From Gracilinanus agilis (taxonomy: Eukaryota), in assembly GCF_016433145.1 (NCBI RefSeq), contig NC_058130.1, forward strand, positions 74,996 through 138,995: 64,000 bases of DNA. Direction: 5' to 3'. A program made the translations under genes and the position numbers. The notes beneath the pieces were generated by a model that made no database searches, was not told the DNA's origin, and saw only the letters and a program-made list of their open reading frames with translations. Numbering within the stretch: the stretch's first letter is position 1; each line of letters begins with the position of its first letter. Of this stretch, positions 50,921 to 63,800 are shown piece by piece.

Positions 50921-51114
50921 CAGTGATTCCCAAAGTGGGCGCTACCGCCCCCTGGTAGGTACTGCAGCGATCCAGGTAGAGCAGTAATGGCCACAGGGGC
51001 ATTTATCTTTCCTATTAATTGCTATTAAAATTTTAAAAAATTTAATTTCCAGGGGGCCAAGTCATATTTTTTCTGGAAAGGGGGTGGTAGGCCAAAAAAG
51101 TTTGGGAACCACTG
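50921..51114. mobile_element. Young non-autonomous hAT (Charlie-like) MITE, 194 bp
   Basis: 14-bp TIRs CAGTG(A/G)TTCCCAAA, perfect 8-bp TSD GTCTAGAA (50913-50920 / 51115-51122), CpGs retained. Confidence 0.95.
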
Positions 51115-52149
51115 GTCTAGAACATAGGAGGGTACAAAAGAAAACCTCTTCCTACAAGGAGCTTTCAGTCTACCAAATGGTAGAACTGGGGTCTCAACCA
51201 AGGTTCTATGATACTAAATTGAGCAGAGTGAAGTGGAAAGAGCATTAGATCACATTGCTATATTTTTCTATGCTTTTTCTACTTCTGAATGAAGTCTCTA
51301 ACAAAGAATATGCTAGTGGTACTCTTCCTTTTTACAAGGGAAATATTAGGATCCTAGGCTATTAGGATGAAAGTAACCCTTTTATTTCACAGAGGAGGAA
51401 ATCTAAGCCCAGAAAGGTTGTAAGTTGTTCAAAGTCATATAGGTAGGAAATAGCAGATTTGGGATTTGAACCTAGGTCCTCTGACTCCAAATCCAGCACT
51501 TTTTCCCCTTATCAGAATGCTTTGGATTAAATAAGAGAATACACCACCTAAATTGTGTTTAAATATAATCTCCATACAAAAATACTTTACTAGAGAGTCA
51601 CCACTTCTGTCAAATAGACAATTCTATATAAATATAGATTGAGTTTTGCAAATGTAGCCATTAGGCTTCAACATAACTCATGCCCATGTTAGCATAACCT
51701 TGTTATGGGATGGAATGTCAGCCAGGACATGCAAGTCACCTCATTATATGGAATTAGTCCTTATAATAATGTTCATTAAAATAGGACTCTAATGTTATGC
51801 CTATGATCTCAACTCTCATATATTCACCACATTAACAGGATTCATTGGGATAGATAATAGAAAACCACAGCTATTCCTTCCTTACTTGCTAGAGAAGAAA
51901 TAACCATGGGAAGACTGTCCGTCACCACATCATCCACTCCAAAGAGTTAGGTTGTGGCCTTCATCTAAGTTGTGCAAGGAAGAACCCTTGGAACATTCAC
52001 AGGTAAACCACAATGCCATATTATAAGGGGATAATGGGAGGTTGTCTGTCGATGCATAAACATGTTCAACTCACAAAAAGCAGGAAGTATTTTTATGAAT
52101 TTGACATTTTTGCACATCGTTATTCTGTTCATCTGGCTTCATTTGATAA

Positions 52150-52980
52150 ATTGCAAGAGATATGGCATATAAATTTGACCTTTGACAAAGACATCAAAGA
52201 AAGAGGAAAAGGTCCTATACATAACACAAATGCTTTTTAAAAAGCTCTTTTATGGGGGCAAAAAATGGATAATGATTGGAATTTCATCAGTTGAGGAATT
52301 ACTGAATAAGTTGTGTCATCTGAATGTGATGGAGGACAACTATACTCTGAGAAATGCAAAAATAGATGTATTTGAGAAGACATGGAAAGATTTATATGAA
52401 CTGATGTGTAGAGGAGTGATTAAAAACAGAAGAATTTATAACATCAATATTATAAAAAGCAACAGTATAAGGGCTTTTATAAACCAATGAAGAATTACAT
52501 GAGCTAGGATAACAGTTTATACAATAACAACATTTTTTATAAAGTCAAATAACTTTGAAAGTTGAAAGAACAATGAACAATCAATACATTGACCAATCAT
52601 GATTACAAAGGACCAATGGTCAAACATGCTATCCATTACAGAGAAGTGATGAAATTAGGATACAGAATTAGATATATATGTGTGTATATATGTATGTAAA
52701 TCATGTAAATGAACGTATTTGTGTATGAATATTTGCTATTTTTCAATCATTTCAGTCATGTCCAACTCTTTGTTACTCTATTTAGAGTTTTCTGGCAAAG
52801 ATACTGTAATAGTTTGCCATTTTCTTCTCCAGCTCATTTTACAGATAAGGAAGTGAGGCAAATGGGGTTAAATGACTTGCCTAGGATCACATAGTTAATA
52901 AGTGTTTGAGGTCAGATTTGAATATGGGAAGATGAATCTTCCTGACACCAAGTCTGATACTCTATTCACTCAGCTGCCTC
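52150..52980. mobile_element. Old L1 3' end (+, ~52150-52680) followed by MAR1 (-, ~52735-52980)
   Basis: GAGAAGACATGGAAAGATTTATATGAACTGATG L1 motif; MAR1 tail/CORE on the minus strand. Confidence 0.7.
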
Positions 52981-55088
52981 ATATATGAATTTTTAAAAAT
53001 TTATACACATATACACTAGTTCTTTTATTTCCTAATAGAGTGGGAAAATGGAAGAAAAAGAAAAGTTAATTTTTTTAGAGCTGGAGAAGTTGCTATTTAT
53101 GTAAATGTCACATGAATTTTTAGATGAAGTTACTGTATTATCAATTTTACTTGTTTTACTTTGTTACAGGACACTTCTTACAAAGTGAAAGTAATCTGAA
53201 AAATATCAATAAAACTTTCTAAAAAGACAGAATTATGTAACCAAAAAGACACAGGTCTCAGAATCAGTAGATTAGATTTGACTTGGACTGTTGGCTCTGC
53301 CACTTATATGGGGGCTCTGTTTCATCTTCTGAAAAAAGGAAAACAAAATCTTCAACTCTTTCCCAAAGTTCCCAAGGATTTAGCATGTTTATGTATATGA
53401 AAGAGCTTCAGAATAGTGGCATTTTGTATGTATTTGCTATCAAAATTATTACACATTTAATAAGCATTCTTGAGAGCCATCTTGAATAATGGTATAGTTA
53501 GTTTAGAGTCAAGAATACCTGGGTTCAAGTCCAGCCTTAGACTTATAATGAGCCTCTAGGCAAGTCATTAAACCTCATGAGTGACTTAGTTACCAATCTG
53601 CAATGGAAGCAGAAATTTCTACCCTGATAATTACCAATGAAATCATAGGTACAGATTTTCCTCCCCTCCTACCCTAAAACTCAACAATCCTTTTTTAAAC
53701 TCCCATATGACCATGACAGAAGCCAAAAGTTGATCCAGACAAAGTGCTCTAGGTTGATTTAGAAGGAATGTACTTTCATATTTAATTGGCTGGGTAATAA
53801 AGAAAGGCTTCAGTTAAACCTTTCACACATGTTTTTGCTTAAGGGGTGACCTGAATTTGGAGATTTGTTGTTCTATGAATCTTTGGGAGATCATTTGTCT
53901 TTGTCTTAAAATTGACTAACAAATAACTTTTCATATAATACTGAAATCAATATGTGTTTTACCTCTGCTAGGGCAGTTTCAGCAAATAGACACGGCAACA
54001 ATCTTGTGACAAGGTCCCCAGAAAAGCCTGGCATACAAGCTTCCCCCAGGAAACCAGAAGAAACAAAGATGAATATGTAGGAAATACCGTCAGCTCCCAA
54101 TTATCTCTCAGAATTTTACCATGACTGCCTCTTCTTGACACATTTTGCTTTCACATTCTTCATGACATTGTTGCCTGCTCTAGTTCATTAAGACTTTTAT
54201 TGATACAAACAGCATTTTATAAACAATCACAGCAGGAGCTAGAAAAGAGGGAGTTTTAACAAATGAATTACTTCCCATTGCTAGGAAGGTGCGAAACTAG
54301 CACATTGAGATGAGACAGAGACAGTGAAGACTGAGCTTGAGTTACTGTGTTCATTGCATTAATCCAAGTGATGTTGTTGTCCCTTTCTCATTTGGAAGGG
54401 AAGGAAAGGTGGAGAAAGGAAAGAGTTGACCAAGGGGACAGGAGAGGGAAAGTGAATATGCTTCCTAGTTGATGCTTTGATAATTCTTTACAAGTGAAGT
54501 GGTTTGGGAATCTGGAAGCCAGAACTGGTTTCCTCCCTGATTTGCCTCATTTCCATTGCATTTGATTGGTTTTCAGTGGACCTTGAAATAATCAAGATTG
54601 TTTTCTCCATTTTAGCATAGACCATGACTTTCCATTAGCTATCAAGACTACTCTGGGAATAGATCAGCTTAGCTCGATGGGTGGGCCATCATACCACAGA
54701 GGCATTGATACTTTTTCAAATAGCCACATACCAACACACACACACACACACACACACACTCATACATTCATACACTCACACTCATACTCACTTATACTTA
54801 ACTTAGAAAACCACAAATTAATATTATTTATGTTTTATTGTATTTTTATTTTGTTAAGCATTTCCCAATCTATATTCATCTGAAGCCAGCTGCCCTGGGA
54901 GTTTTGTGGGGCTACATATTTAACACTCTGCTATGGATTATAGTGCAAACTATCCATTAGAGAGTTCCTACATTTTTGTTCTGTTCTAAATGGCTTAATC
55001 TGACTCTTTGAACCCCACCATTTTTCTGGTACATTAACCCAGTTTATTAACATTGTTCCTAATAATTCTTGGTGAAATGGAGTACATT

Positions 55089-55285
55089 TACAGCTAGGTA
55101 TTTCAGTGGATAAAGAGCCAGAACTAGAGTCAGAAGGAGCAAGGTTATAATTCGACCTCAGACACTTCCTAGCTGTGTGACCCTGGGTAAGTCACTTAAC
55201 CCCAATTGTCTAGCCCTTATCACTCTTCTGTCTTGCAACCAATACTTAGCATTGATTCTAAGACAGAAGGTAAATATATTTTTAA
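55089..55285 (+). mobile_element. Older opossum SINE1-type copy (~)
   Basis: CTAGCCCTTATCACTCTTCTGTCTTGCAACCAATAC...ATTGATTCTAAGACAGAAGGTAA tail. Confidence 0.8.
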
Positions 55286-55849
55286 GAAGAAAAGATATAC
55301 ATTTCTTCTGCTGCCACAATGTGCTTTGTGAGAATAAAGAGGAAGAAGCAGGAGAAGAAATAGATGATGATGGTATCTGTTGCTGCTGCTACTATTATTA
55401 CTACCAAAAACAACAATAAAAATAATAACTAGCATTTCTATAACACTTTAAAGTTCACAAAGCATTTTAGAAATATCTCATTTTTATCTTCACAAAATGC
55501 TTGAGATGTGCTGACATTAGTCTCTTTTTTAATTTAGGCAGAAATGACATGACTTGTCAAGGGTCACACACCTCATAAGTATCTGAGATCAGATTTATGT
55601 TTGAAGTCAGGTCTTCAAATCTCATTCTTCTCCACACTTCCCTTTGGACTTTCTCTACATAACCCTGCTCTCTATCCTAAAGCCTCACTTCAAGCCTGGG
55701 AATGTTACACCTTGGAGGCATGCTTCACTACTAACTTCTCTGAATCAGAATACAAGTTCTATCTGCTGCAGGGAGAAAAAGAACTAGGCATACAAATAAT
55801 AGCAGCATCTATATAGTACTTATTGTGTGCCAGATGGAGTGTATGGGGT

Positions 55850-57190
55850 ATTCATGGAGGACTAACCTCTCTGGTGTGAGGGCTTTCCAAGCCTTTTTCA
55901 GGGCTGCTCATCTACCTGAGGGTCCACAACTCAACTCATCTGTGGCTCCAAGAAGCTATGGTATATGCAGTGGTCACACCCTGGTAAAATCATTTTGGCA
56001 GACTGGATAAACCAGATTGATGGTAAATGACAGACTTCAAACCTATTTGGTGAGTTAGGGTGATGCCCACCCCAAGCATATGAAGACACCCCCCCAGCAG
56101 AAAAGGCAATTGAGAACAGTTACTTCCAATGGGCCATGAAGGTAGCAGAAACAGGTGCTATGGAGGACTTAGAGTTTAATTGGATATCAAAGATGCTAAA
56201 GTCATCCACTGCGTCCTGGGCCATTGCCAGTCATTCTAACTTTTGCACTGCCACTGGACAATGATGACTCTTGTCTCATAGAAATTGCAGAGTGGAATTC
56301 CACTTGTAAGAAAGTGGGTCAAGCCTCAGCTGAGAATTCCAGGGTGGGGCTGAGAACTCTGGGTGAGGGGGCAGTTTAAGGTAGTTAAGGGAGTTGATAC
56401 CTGGGGGTTGAAGTGAGCAGGTCACTCTGTTTGCTGTTCCCAGATCTTGGGGCTCTTGAGAGCTGTCAACCTTGCTTTAGCCTAAATAAACCTACAATCA
56501 ACCTCACTAATACCTCAAATTAGTTATTTAGACCTTAGGAGAAGATTATCTATTAGGTTAGAGAGTTAAATAGCTAACCAAGTTACCTTATTTTATCCTT
56601 GTCAAATCTCCCTTTCTTCCTTGCCCCACATTTCATTAAACCCTTCATCATTTGGGAGCTGTGCCTGGCTATTACTTAGGGATATACTCACCTCCTCAAA
56701 CTGAGTTTCTCCAGCCATGTGGCCCAAAGCCTGACCCTTCGTCTATCTCTGAAAGCCTCAAGACATCAAGCTTTTACTATTTTCTCCTTACTCAAACCTG
56801 TTGGGGAAATAGTTTAGATAGAGTTAATATCTTTTCTGAGACCAGCCTAACCTAGTTCCTGACTGTGATCTGAAGGTAACAGTTCAGCCATCTATAACTG
56901 ATCCTTAACTGCTTGGAGGGAGGGGGGAAGTAAAGGAGTGCCCCCAAGATTGGGTCCCTCCCTTTTCACTCAAGCCTGCTGAGAGCCTGTGTGTGTGCTC
57001 TCCATATACTAAGGGACAACTAAGTCCTGAGTGATACAAACCACTGGTATTTTACAACTTCCCACAAATATCACTGTTAAAACCAATGTAACACTCTGGA
57101 AGAGTAAGACTGATGTCTTTGTAAAATTCTGACGCATTAAATTCCAATTTGTGAGCAAGTCCTCTTCAAAAATACGGACAAACAGCCACA
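55850..57190 (+). mobile_element. RTE-related SINE split by an LTR (pieces ~55850-56271 and 57098-~57190)
   Basis: Homology to 11415-11915 stops at GATGACTCT and resumes at GGAAGAG..., ending GTCCTCTTCAAAAATACGGACAAACAGCCAC. Confidence 0.8.
56272..57093. mobile_element. Solo ERV LTR (ERV1-like), 822 bp
   Basis: TGTCTCA...TGTAACA termini and 4-bp TSD CTCT (56268-56271 / 57094-57097) precisely interrupting the SINE. ATTAAA at ~56634 suggests + orientation. Confidence 0.85.
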
Positions 57191-57599
57191 ATATGATGTG
57201 CCAGACACTGTGTTAAATGCTTTATAAATATTATCTCATTTAATCCTCATAATAAACCTCAGCTATAGGAACTATTGTTTCCTTCTTACATGAGGAAACC
57301 AAGGCAACAGAGTGATCCGTCCAAGGTTTCACAGTTTGTGTCTGAGGTCATATTTAATCTCAAGTCTTCCTAACTCCAGGCCCCAGCTCTCTATCTCTTT
57401 ACCACCTAGTTATCGTATAATCAAACAAAATGAACAGTTTAATGATTTTGTGTTTCATCACTGAGATGATAAAAGATGGTAACTGAAGATGAGCTTCAAA
57501 TTCCATTTGCTCATGTTGAAATATTGGTGAGAAGGGAATGTGTTACTCAAGAGAAAAGATTTTTTAAAAAATAGAAAAGAATATAATGAAGAAAACAGC

Positions 57600-59300
57600 A
57601 GGGTAGAATATAAAAGTCAAGGATTTTAAAGGAAAAAGACATCCAAGGTGCAATTCAACAAGCCTGACTTTAATTATTTGCAAAATTCCAGATTAGATAA
57701 TAAACATCTAGAAAAAGAAAAGATGATTACAAAGATGCAGTTAATATGGATTCATCAAAAATAATTTGTGCCAAACTAACCTTCTCTGTCTTTTCAGCAG
57801 GGTTGCTGAAATAGAAGATCAAGGGAATGCAGTGTGTATTGTTTAACTAAATCTTAACAAAGTGTCCAAAAGAAACATCTAGTGCTATCCTCTAGAAAAA
57901 GACAAAGAGATACATGAATAGATTAAACAACAATACAATTGGATTTGGAACTGGTAAAATAGTGAGGCTCAAAAATTAGTCAATAATGATTAAATGTCTA
58001 TTTGGAAAGATGTCTTCAGTGGGGTGCTTCAAGGATTTGTGATTGGTCTTACATTTTTTAACACTGATATACATACATAAAGGCATAGATCATCTTATCA
58101 GATTTGCAGAGGTTAGAGAAAGGGCCATCACAGAGAATAATAGAGTCAAGAGATTCCAAAAACTCTTGGCAAGCTAGAGCATTGGTTTGAAGAGAAGATG
58201 ACATTTAATAGAGATAGATGTAAAGTCATACACCTGAGTTCAAAATATGAATTTCACAAACGCAGAGTTGGGAAGGATTTAGGCAGGAGTTATCTGAAAA
58301 AGATCTGGGCATTTTAATAGACTACAATTTCAATATAAATGAATATGGTAATATAATAGGAAAAAATCAACCTAAAACTAATGTACTCTTGAGCCACAAT
58401 AGGAAATATACTTTCCAAAATACCTTCCACATACCTTCCGAAAAGGTAAAAGTCTCTATGGACCCATTCATACTATACTTAGAGTGGTTATTTAGTCATT
58501 TTCATTTATGTCTAACTCTTCAAAACCTCTTTTGGAGTTTTCTTGGCAAAGACACTGGAATAGCTTGTCATTTTCCTCTCAAGCTCATTTTACAGATAAG
58601 GAAACTGAGGCAAATAAAGTTAAGTGACTTGTACAGTGTCACAAAGCTAATGTCTGAGTCCAAATTTGAATCCAGAAGATGTATCATCCTGACTTCAGGT
58701 TTGGCATTTAGGCATTGTACCATCTGGCAATAGGTACGGTATTGTGTTTAATCCTGGATACCTCATTGTAGAAATTATTGTAAAAAATTGGAGAGTGGAA
58801 AGGGAAAGAAACAAGGATAATAAGAGGCCTTCAATCCATACCATATGATGATGAATTGAAGGAATTGAGGATGTTTATCCTGGAGAAGATTCATGGGAAA
58901 TTTGATTGCTATCTTTAAGCATTTGGAAGGTTGTCTTATGGAAGAAAAGCTAGTGTTATTCTGCATGTCCTCAAAGGGTAAAAGTTTCTGGAGGACAAGG
59001 AATGTTTCTTTTGTTTGTTTTATCTCTGAAACCCCCAGCACTTAGCACTATTCCTGGAATATAGTCTAAACTTAATAAATGCTACTAAATGAATGAATGA
59101 ATGAAATTGCAAAGAAGCAAATTTAAGCTTGATGTTAGGGGGGAAATTCTAAAAATTAAAGCTATCCAACAATAGAATGACTTGATTCCCTCTCAAAAAG
59201 AGACCCCAAAAAAGTATGTTGGAAATGTAATAGTGTAGACTCTATCAGGTATAGGTTGGACTGAAGGGTCACTAAAGTTGTTTCCAACTCTAAGTCTGTG
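57600..59300 (+). mobile_element. L3/CR1 RT-3' remnant interrupted by MAR1 (~58485-58730) and an L2 tail (~59000-59105)
   Basis: CR1 motifs TGTGCCAAACTAACC, GGATTTGGAACTGG, TGAAGGAATTGAGGATGTTTATCCTGGAGAAG and terminal TTTCCAACTCTAAGTCTGTGATTCTG. Confidence 0.75.
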
Positions 59301-59634
59301 ATTCTGGGAAAGGTGTCAAAATCTGCCATGAAGGTATTCATTATTGGTTTGTCTTCTCCAGCCGTGGGAGATTGAGCTCAATTGTTAAAGTTTAAATGTA
59401 TGAACCAGAGGTTAAATAATAATAATTGACTTTTAGGTGCATTTTAAGGTTTACAATGTACTTGCATATATTATCTCATGTTTCACAACAAATCCACAGG
59501 GTATGTATTACCACATTCTTGACTCCATTCTCCTTAATCTTATATATCCAATGAGTTTTGTTAATTAGAATAGGTACAGGGATAGAGTGGAGGAGATTCT
59601 CACTGCTTCATGCAACTGAGGCACTTTCAGTCAC

Positions 59635-59870
59635 TTTTCAGTCATGTCTGACTCTTAGTGATCCCATTTGGAATTTTCTTGGTAAAGATACTGGAGTGGT
59701 TTTCCATTTCCTCCTCTAGGCAATCTCTCACTTGGGAAACTGAGGCAAACAAAGTTAAGTGACTTGCCTGGGTCACTCAGATCATAAATGTCTGAAGTCA
59801 ATTTTGAACTCAAAAAGATAAGTCTTCTAGACTTTAGGTCCAGCATTCTACTAACTATACCACCCTCGTG
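59635..59870 (-). mobile_element. MAR1 SINE (~)
   Basis: CAGTCATGTCTGACTC..AAAGATACTGGAGTGG tail and CORE. Confidence 0.8.
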
Positions 59871-60789
59871 CCACTGAGGCATAAGGAACTTATAAAATAT
59901 GATGCTGAATACACTAAGAGGTGAGTTGAAGGAACTGTGGTCTTTAAAAAAAACAATCTAGAAGAAAAACCTAAGTCTTAAATGAAGCACTTGGGGAAAG
60001 GAAATTAAGTGTCCCAAAGAGTCCTGGATGATTAAAAGATAAGAAAGCAATCATTGAAGAGTTGGAGAAACTGTAGTCCAAATCCTTGATTTCTGGGGAT
60101 CAAATTTATAACCTAGAAAAAAATAGTGTAAGGATCAAAGCCATAAAAAATTAAGCAGGTCCTCTATAGCTTTAAAATCCAATGATGTACAGTTCTAGAT
60201 CATAATACTGTTAGATACTAGATCTGAGGGACTAGATAAGACAACACAATCTGAGTTCTAGAATAATGATCCAAAATCCAGAAGGATTCCTGCAGAACAG
60301 AACTGGGAAAGCATCCTGGAGGAAGGAGATCACTGCTTTGAGTAATGCTGACTTGCTACACACTAAGGCTCATAAAATCATAAATCTAGAAGGGACTTCA
60401 GAGGTCATCTCATTTTACAAAAGAAACAGAGGTTTCAGGAAAGTATGTGACTTTCCCAAGGTCACAGCACTAATAACAATCAGAGGTGAGATTTGAGCCA
60501 GTGTTCTAACTTCAGAGCCAGCATTCTTTCTATTTTATCATGCTTCCTCCTAGTAGTGCTTATAATAATAATAATAGTAATAGTAGGTAGTAAATGACAT
60601 TTATATATCATTCAAAGGTTGAGACGTATTTTACATTTTAGCTGTGGACCACTTCATTTCCCTTCTGCCCTTTTTTCAGTAGAAGGAACCACCACAATGT
60701 CAGCATTTCTGGTTGATATTGAAGAAATTACATAGAGGATATCATCCCCCCCCCATTCTTAGAATGTTCCCCCTCTCCCTCCAAAGTGC

Positions 60790-61125
60790 TCATCTTTCTT
60801 TTTCATCTATTCTTATCCAACCCACTCTACCTATCATTCAAAGTACATAACCTTCACTTCTCTGAGAAGTCTGACCACTCTGTCCCTTCCAGGTCTTTTT
60901 GGAGACCAGCCTTGCCCCTCTCTGCAGTTGTCAAGTCCATTTCCCACCTGAAATTATTTTGTAGTGACATCCCTATTATATATTTTATCTCTCAGGGTAA
61001 TTTTCACACCCTTCTTTCCAGTAGAATGAATGCTCCTATAGGACTAGGACTTTTTTATCCTGTCTTTCTACCCAAAGATCCTGGCAGGGTACCTTGCATC
61101 TAATCTGCCCTTAATAAATAGATGA
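60790..61125 (+). mobile_element. L2 3' fragment (~)
   Basis: Pyrimidine-rich body, AGAATGAATGCTCC..GGACT, ending CTTAATAAATAG. Confidence 0.55.
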
Positions 61126-61224
61126 GAAATCCTACATTAATCTGTCCCTTTGTCAAAATTCCTGCAGCCCTCATATAGCTACCAGCAATTTAGTTATTTA
61201 ACTTATCTACGATTTCAAAGTCAT

Positions 61225-61380
61225 CCCAGTCATCTTGATTTTTATCTTGCCACTGGACTTCGATGATTGCAAGAGAGAGAGAGACTGACAACTCTGCCTC
61301 ACTTAAATCCAATTTACACCCAAATCAAGACATCATCCCAAGGTTCATTAGTACTCTTCAGGTACCAAAAAGGAACAAAG
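61225..61380 (+). mobile_element. RTE-related SINE 3' fragment (~)
   Basis: CAGTCATCTTGATTTTTATCTTGCCACTGGACTTCGATGA...CTCTGCCTCACTTAAATCCAATT, same family as 11415 and 55850. Confidence 0.75.
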
Positions 61381-63579
61381 AATTTTTTTTTCACAAGAAG
61401 GTCATAGGTAACAAAGTCAGAATCACTTCCATTTTCCCTTTTTTTGGGATTCCTCATCTGACAAATATACTCTCAAATGGCACCAAATTGGCTTCTTAGA
61501 TGTTTTATATTTGCTGAAATAATTGGATGGGTGAGTGAGATGCTTCAAAAGGCCAGAAGGTGTCACTAGCATCCAGTGAATGTTTTTAGTTTGGTACTAA
61601 CATTTGAAGTAGGAAAACCTCATTTTTTCCCAGTAGTATTATACAATATACTCTATATCCCATTTACTTTCTTTCAGTAGCAGATCCCATAGGAATAATT
61701 AGGGGATAGAGAGATAGACTCTGAATCAGGAAGATCTGTGTTCGAATACTAACCCAAACCCTTACTGTGTGGCCTTGGGTAAATTTTTTAATATATCTGG
61801 GTCTCAATTTTTTCATCAGTAAAATGAGTTTAGATTAATAAGCTCCAAGGTTTCTTATAGCTATAAGTCTATGCTCCTATTGTCTCTGAACTGAAAAAAT
61901 AGAAAGTCAGCACTGAAGAAAACCAATTGTCCTCTCAGCAAATTAATTATACAAGTAAACAAATAATAGCCTTTCAAGAGAATACTTTTTTTAAAGGTAG
62001 CATCACCTTTCCATGCTTCAAGTTTCAGTTCTAGATGTTGAACATATGTTAACCGCTATGTACATAAAACTGCTTTGATTTGGGATAGAAAAAGAGTGTG
62101 CCCTTATGGAATTCCCATTCAATCAGTAAACATTTATTAAGTGCCTATTGTATACAAGGCAATATGATATGATCTGGGCACGCAAAGACAAAAAATTAAC
62201 TAATCAGTGCACTCGAGAAGTTTAGATTCTATGAAGGGAGACACCATACTCCTAAAAGAATGTATGGGGGACTAGAACATACATAGACAATTATAATATA
62301 CAATATACATTAAGTCATGTAAGGGAGGCAGCTTGGCTTAAAAGTGTCCAGCCTCTGAATCAACCAGATGTGGGTTCAAGTCTCTTAAAGAAGAGTGTCT
62401 ATGAAACTCTATTGCAGAGAAGCTAGTGATCTGCATGGGAAAAGAAGAAACTTAGCAGTCTCTCTGTTGCTTATCTCTAATTTATAAAAAAAGTTATATG
62501 TGTCCATAGATAAACATGCATATATGTGTATGTACATAGCTATGTGAGTATACATTTTTGTATTATGTATATGCACATACAAATATATATATATATATAA
62601 ATCTTTGTACATGATTGAGCATACATTATGTCCCTTATTAGACACCTAAAAAGTTAGAAACTGGGGGTTTTTTTGCCTTTTTATGTACCCAATTCTTAGT
62701 ACAATGCCTGTACATAGTAGGTGCTAAATATGGTAGATTTTAAATAAATGTTTATTGATTGATTTTCATAATCAAAATATCTTGAAGAATTCTGAATTTA
62801 TTGATCAGAGAGACAAAGTCAGAAGCTGGGTTTGTTGTGGGCTAGACAGATAAAATCATACATCCCACTTTTAAAAAGTATTTAAAAAATACTGTGAGCA
62901 GGAAAATCATTTTCAGTTCCTCAGTCTTGAAGCTGTTAAAAAATAATGACCAAACTAATAGTTACTTAAAGAACAAATGTTTAACTGGATAGGAACGAAG
63001 ATATTGACTAAGGGTTTGAGGGTTTTTTCCATGTATTCTCCCGAACACCTTTCTCAGAAGCTTTTCTGTATTTGTCCTTAAAAAAACACAACTCTGCATT
63101 TTCCTTCCCTCCAGTTATTAACATGAAAAAAAGAGGGAAATTGTGGTATAGGAGTTAGAGCCTCTTGATTCCTTGGAGGACCAAACCTCTCCAGAGAAAT
63201 CATTTATCCTCCAGTTTCCTCTTCTGAGTCCACAGGGCACCTTTATGACCTGGAAGAAGAATCTGTATATTACTTACTAGCTGGATCCCCACTTCCCCAC
63301 TCATAGTACTGCCTCTAGCTTGAGTAGAGCCTATACAGGTCCAAAGAACAGTTTCCACAAATGCTCCTGTTATGATAATCATAACACTCCCAACTTCAGG
63401 TTTAGGGATTGTTTAGATTTTTCACATTCCATTTCTGCTGTTGCCTTTAAAATAATACATTAAGACAAGTATAAATAGCACGATATCAGTGTGCAAGGGA
63501 TCTTCAGAAATCATTTGGTCTCTAGTCCCTCTCCAGAACCTCAACTATCTGCTGTGAGAACTTTCCCCAACTGGCAACT

Positions 63580-63800
63580 AGATGGTGCAGTGGATACTTG
63601 AATTCAAATTTGGTCTCAGACATATTCTAGTTGTGTGACCCTGGGCAAAACACTTAACTGCTGTCTGCCTCAGTTTCCTCAACTGTAAAATGGGGATAAG
63701 AATAGAACCTACTTCCCAAGGTGGTTGTGAGGATAGAATGGAATAATATTTGTAAAGTCCTTTGGAAACCTGAATTTAAAGCACTATGTAAATGCTAGCT
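63580..63800 (+). mobile_element. MIR SINE (~)
   Basis: GCAACTAGATGGTGCAGTGGATA head, CORE and GTGAGGATAGAATGGAATAATATTTGTAAAG tail. Confidence 0.8.

Noticed and set aside
51893-51940. GKTVRHHII resembles an SH2 beta-D strand
   Set aside because: The downstream residues do not continue the SH2 pattern.
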